From the NCBI GenBank assembly GCA_051294905.1, contig CM119372.1, forward strand, positions 1,364,001-1,428,000: 64,000 nt of DNA, written 5' to 3'. The DNA is from Botryllus schlosseri (lineage: Eukaryota). Below, piece by piece: positions 61,051 through 64,000 of this stretch (positions are counted from its first letter, which is position 1; every line of letters begins with the position of its first letter). The notes beneath the pieces were generated by a model. That model was not told where the DNA came from. It searched no databases and saw only the letters and a program-made list of their open reading frames with translations. The position numbers and the translations under genes were made by a program.

Positions 61051-63017
61051 TTTTTATATCTATGTGATTGTATGTTTCTAAGCATTCAACAAAATATTAA
61101 AGCGAATCTTGCAAGCTAAGTATAAGAAACCAATGAATTGAGAGTCTGAATAATTCAGGACATTAAAGAAAATACAGCATTAGACCAATCTGTTTTTTAA
61201 TACGACTTTTTTACGATTATCAATATCTCAATGCAAATGTCTATTAACTGATACCAAAACATCACCTTTGTTCCAAAGCAAGTATTGGTTTATAACAGCG
61301 AGAGGAAGTGTCAAATTGTTACATCATAAACAATAGATTACATACTTTGCACCCCTACTGGAATCTCGGTACGTTTTGCCTAATATAACAGGTGAGCAGC
61401 GATGATTCTTCAAGTTAAACTTATTTAATAAAAAGAGAAAAAAAAAAACTATTGACTTCGACTCATTGCTATCTTTCAATTTTATTGCGTATCTGGTGTT
61501 ATTGCGTATCTGGTGGTGTCTTGAAACGATGAACTATATAACCTGAACTGAGAACTAATCCTATATGCCCTTTTAGTCAATAATACCTATGCATTGCATA
61601 GTTTAATGCGAATGATGATCCATAACCACCACTATCGATAGCCAATCAAGTTTAGAACAACATTAGTCGTTTTCCTAAAAGACTCAGCTCACTTTCCCCA
61701 AATTTCATAACGAATATGAACTGAAAGCCGGGTCGAGACGCTTACGCCTCGTGCCGTTGCTAAACGCAGACGAAAACCGTTGCAAAGAATGACGCGTACT
61801 CTCACCAGACCGTGACAGGTCACATGATCAGTCGCGCTCGACTAACAAATGGTGACTTTGCAATCGAAGATTCTAGATTCCGTGATGTCGAAATCACTAT
61901 ATTCCCTTCCCTTGCCGTCGTCACATTAGTTCTGGATTATAGTCGCAATGACATACTACTACGTTACAATACAACGGAATCAAGAAACGTATTACACAGG
62001 AACTATGGTAACTAATCGGAATAGGTATAAGGCGTTATACATTTCAGTCCCTGATGTTTTTACGACATATATACCGACTCGTGATACACAATACATACAA
62101 ACCATATGGGCATATGCATTGCATAACATGAGTAAATGATGTGCATATGCCGCTGGAAAAGGAAGATACGATGCAATATCTCTATCGTAAGTCTTGCACC
62201 ACCCCTCCATCCTATCCCGGAAATGCTGAGCGCCAAGCGGGGAAACCACATATACCAGTTTTGCTGATCAGGTCTTTGATCTGACTGATTCCGAGCCTGG
62301 TCTGAACCAGCCGCGGATTGAACCCAAGACCAACCCATCAATAAGCCGGACACTCGGGCATCTTGTTGCAACGGCGACAACATCAGCAGGATCTCAAACG
62401 ACGCCCTATCACGGGAAATTTAATCTGTAACGGAGAATCTTTCATTCTCTTTTTTCGATGGATATTACCATCATCTCGGCGATGACGTATATAATATAAT
62501 ATACCAATAATATATATATATATGCATTTTCTTCAGCTACAAATAAGCTGCACCTATGGCTGTACCGATGTCCCAGGAACATTTTTAATCTGCATTTCCG
62601 TTGCGGTTGATATTTTAATCGGCGCCTGTAGAACTACAGCATAAGGCATGGCCTGACAGCGCCAAAGATTTTTACGATTCCGTCGCTAAGGCATGGAATT
62701 CCCTGCATCGGTTGTCGGTTCTTTTAGACGCGCAATTATGAGCGGCGCCCTTGATACTTTCAAATTGCGCAGATGCCCGAAGCGACGATGATCTGCGTCG
62801 GGTGATAGGTTATTAGTTATGACATGGCTTCAGAAAGACCGATCGATGGCGATTGCCGTTGTAAAATGGATCGTATGGTTCAGGACATGCTCAGCGTTTG
62901 TTTTGAGTAGGAGCTACCTAGAAGAGATGTGCTATGCTGAGGGAAAAGTAATAACATTACCGAGAGAAGTAAAGAATGTTACTGCAGGTGAGAGAGCTCG
63001 TATCGACGGGTTATTTG

Positions 63018-63532
63018 TAGGGCTGGGCAAAATCGAGTACCTGAGTGATTCGATTCTGAATCACGTAAAATGCTTCGAGTCGAGTCGAGTATTCGAGTAT
63101 CACTCATTATGACGTCACAACAGAATGTACTATGTCAAGGTTCAAATATGCCCCTTTTATGCCACCACGAAGAACATAATGCCAGTTATCCGTCACATTA
63201 ACGATACTTCGGTATTTTTTCGTCCGTACCGATTTCATCGCACTTCCTGACAATGTTGTGGGATGATCATGACTTCAGAAATGTGTTATTTCCAGTTACG
63301 TTCGTAGCTTTGTACAATGTCTCTTATGCTACGATATGGCCGATCAAGGTTTCAAGGCTTCAACAGTGGAAATTAGTATCGAAACCATAATTCTCGTTAG
63401 CAAATTAACTTTCAGTTGCGAGGAGCGTATAATTTTAGTACTCGAAAAAATCGTCTTCTACTACTCGACTCGAATCATTAAAATTAATGCTCGATTCAGA
63501 TTCGAGTACTCGAATCATTGTGCCCAGCCCTA
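63018..63532. mobile_element. hAT-like MITE (GGCTGGGC family)
   Basis: TIR TAGGGCTGGGCA/TGCCCAGCCCTA and perfect TSD GTTATTTG. Confidence 0.88.
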
Positions 63533-64000
63533 GTTATTTGTTCACAATTTGCACGATTTACCGTTTCATACTGTCCCTCCTCACAATCCCGTTCGTATAA
63601 GCGATGTCTTACAAACGCCTAGGACGAAAGTGAGCCATGCTAAAAGTACGCAGCTCAGGAATCATAATGAAGATTATCGGCATGGCGTAAGATGACCAAA
63701 GTATTCGGAACACCATGGACGCTATAACAACAACATTTCATAGCCTACTGACATTCCCAGTTAGTCCAGTGCTGTCGAAGTCGAGAAGGAAGGACGTGTA
63801 CTGCTTAAACAGAGCTGTGGTAGAAAATTTCTAGCCCCTTCAAATTCCTTTTCTCGAGCACAAATCAATAAGGCATTTCATAACGATCTTTTTATGAACA
63901 GCTTTGTTGTCAGCTTAGGGCTGTCAAGCATCATCGACAACAAAACAGGCGTAGGATTTGTCGGGTGCCAAATGCACAGTATTTGTTCAAAACCATATTT

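Noticed and set aside
62060..62425. Exon of another gene upstream of Nrf
   Set aside because: Early stops in all minus-strand frames after the acceptor-like site, and no recognisable protein on either strand.

Overview
Eukaryotic, intron- and repeat-rich animal DNA. It looks like an invertebrate chordate and is probably an ascidian, but that is inference from protein divergence and vertebrate-like intron positions, not proof. Five spliced genes can be built by hand with GT-AG junctions and consistent phases: AIMP2 (-, about 5293-9940), GTPBP4/NOG1 (+, 14756-27480, 13 coding exons), NCBP2/CBP20 (-, 29343-31306), MRPL13 (+, 32168-35011) and a CNC-bZIP Nrf gene (-, 37302-61050) with an NRF1-like membrane anchor, DLG and ETGE motifs and a CNC-bZIP domain. 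The most notable unannotated system is in the GTPBP4 introns. There are three paralogous box C/D snoRNAs and a fourth divergent one. Their guides are complementary to the same large-subunit rRNA segment (GGCCUAUCGAUCC) but in two registers 2 nt apart. Some H/ACA-like hairpins are also present. Introns and spacers are packed with MITEs with clear TSDs: 8-bp hAT/Buster-type, 7-bp P-like and one 4-bp. There are also long fold-back palindromes, LINE 3' tails, tRNA-derived SINE-like elements and a TGACGTAA-rich tandem array. No CRISPR or prokaryotic systems are present.
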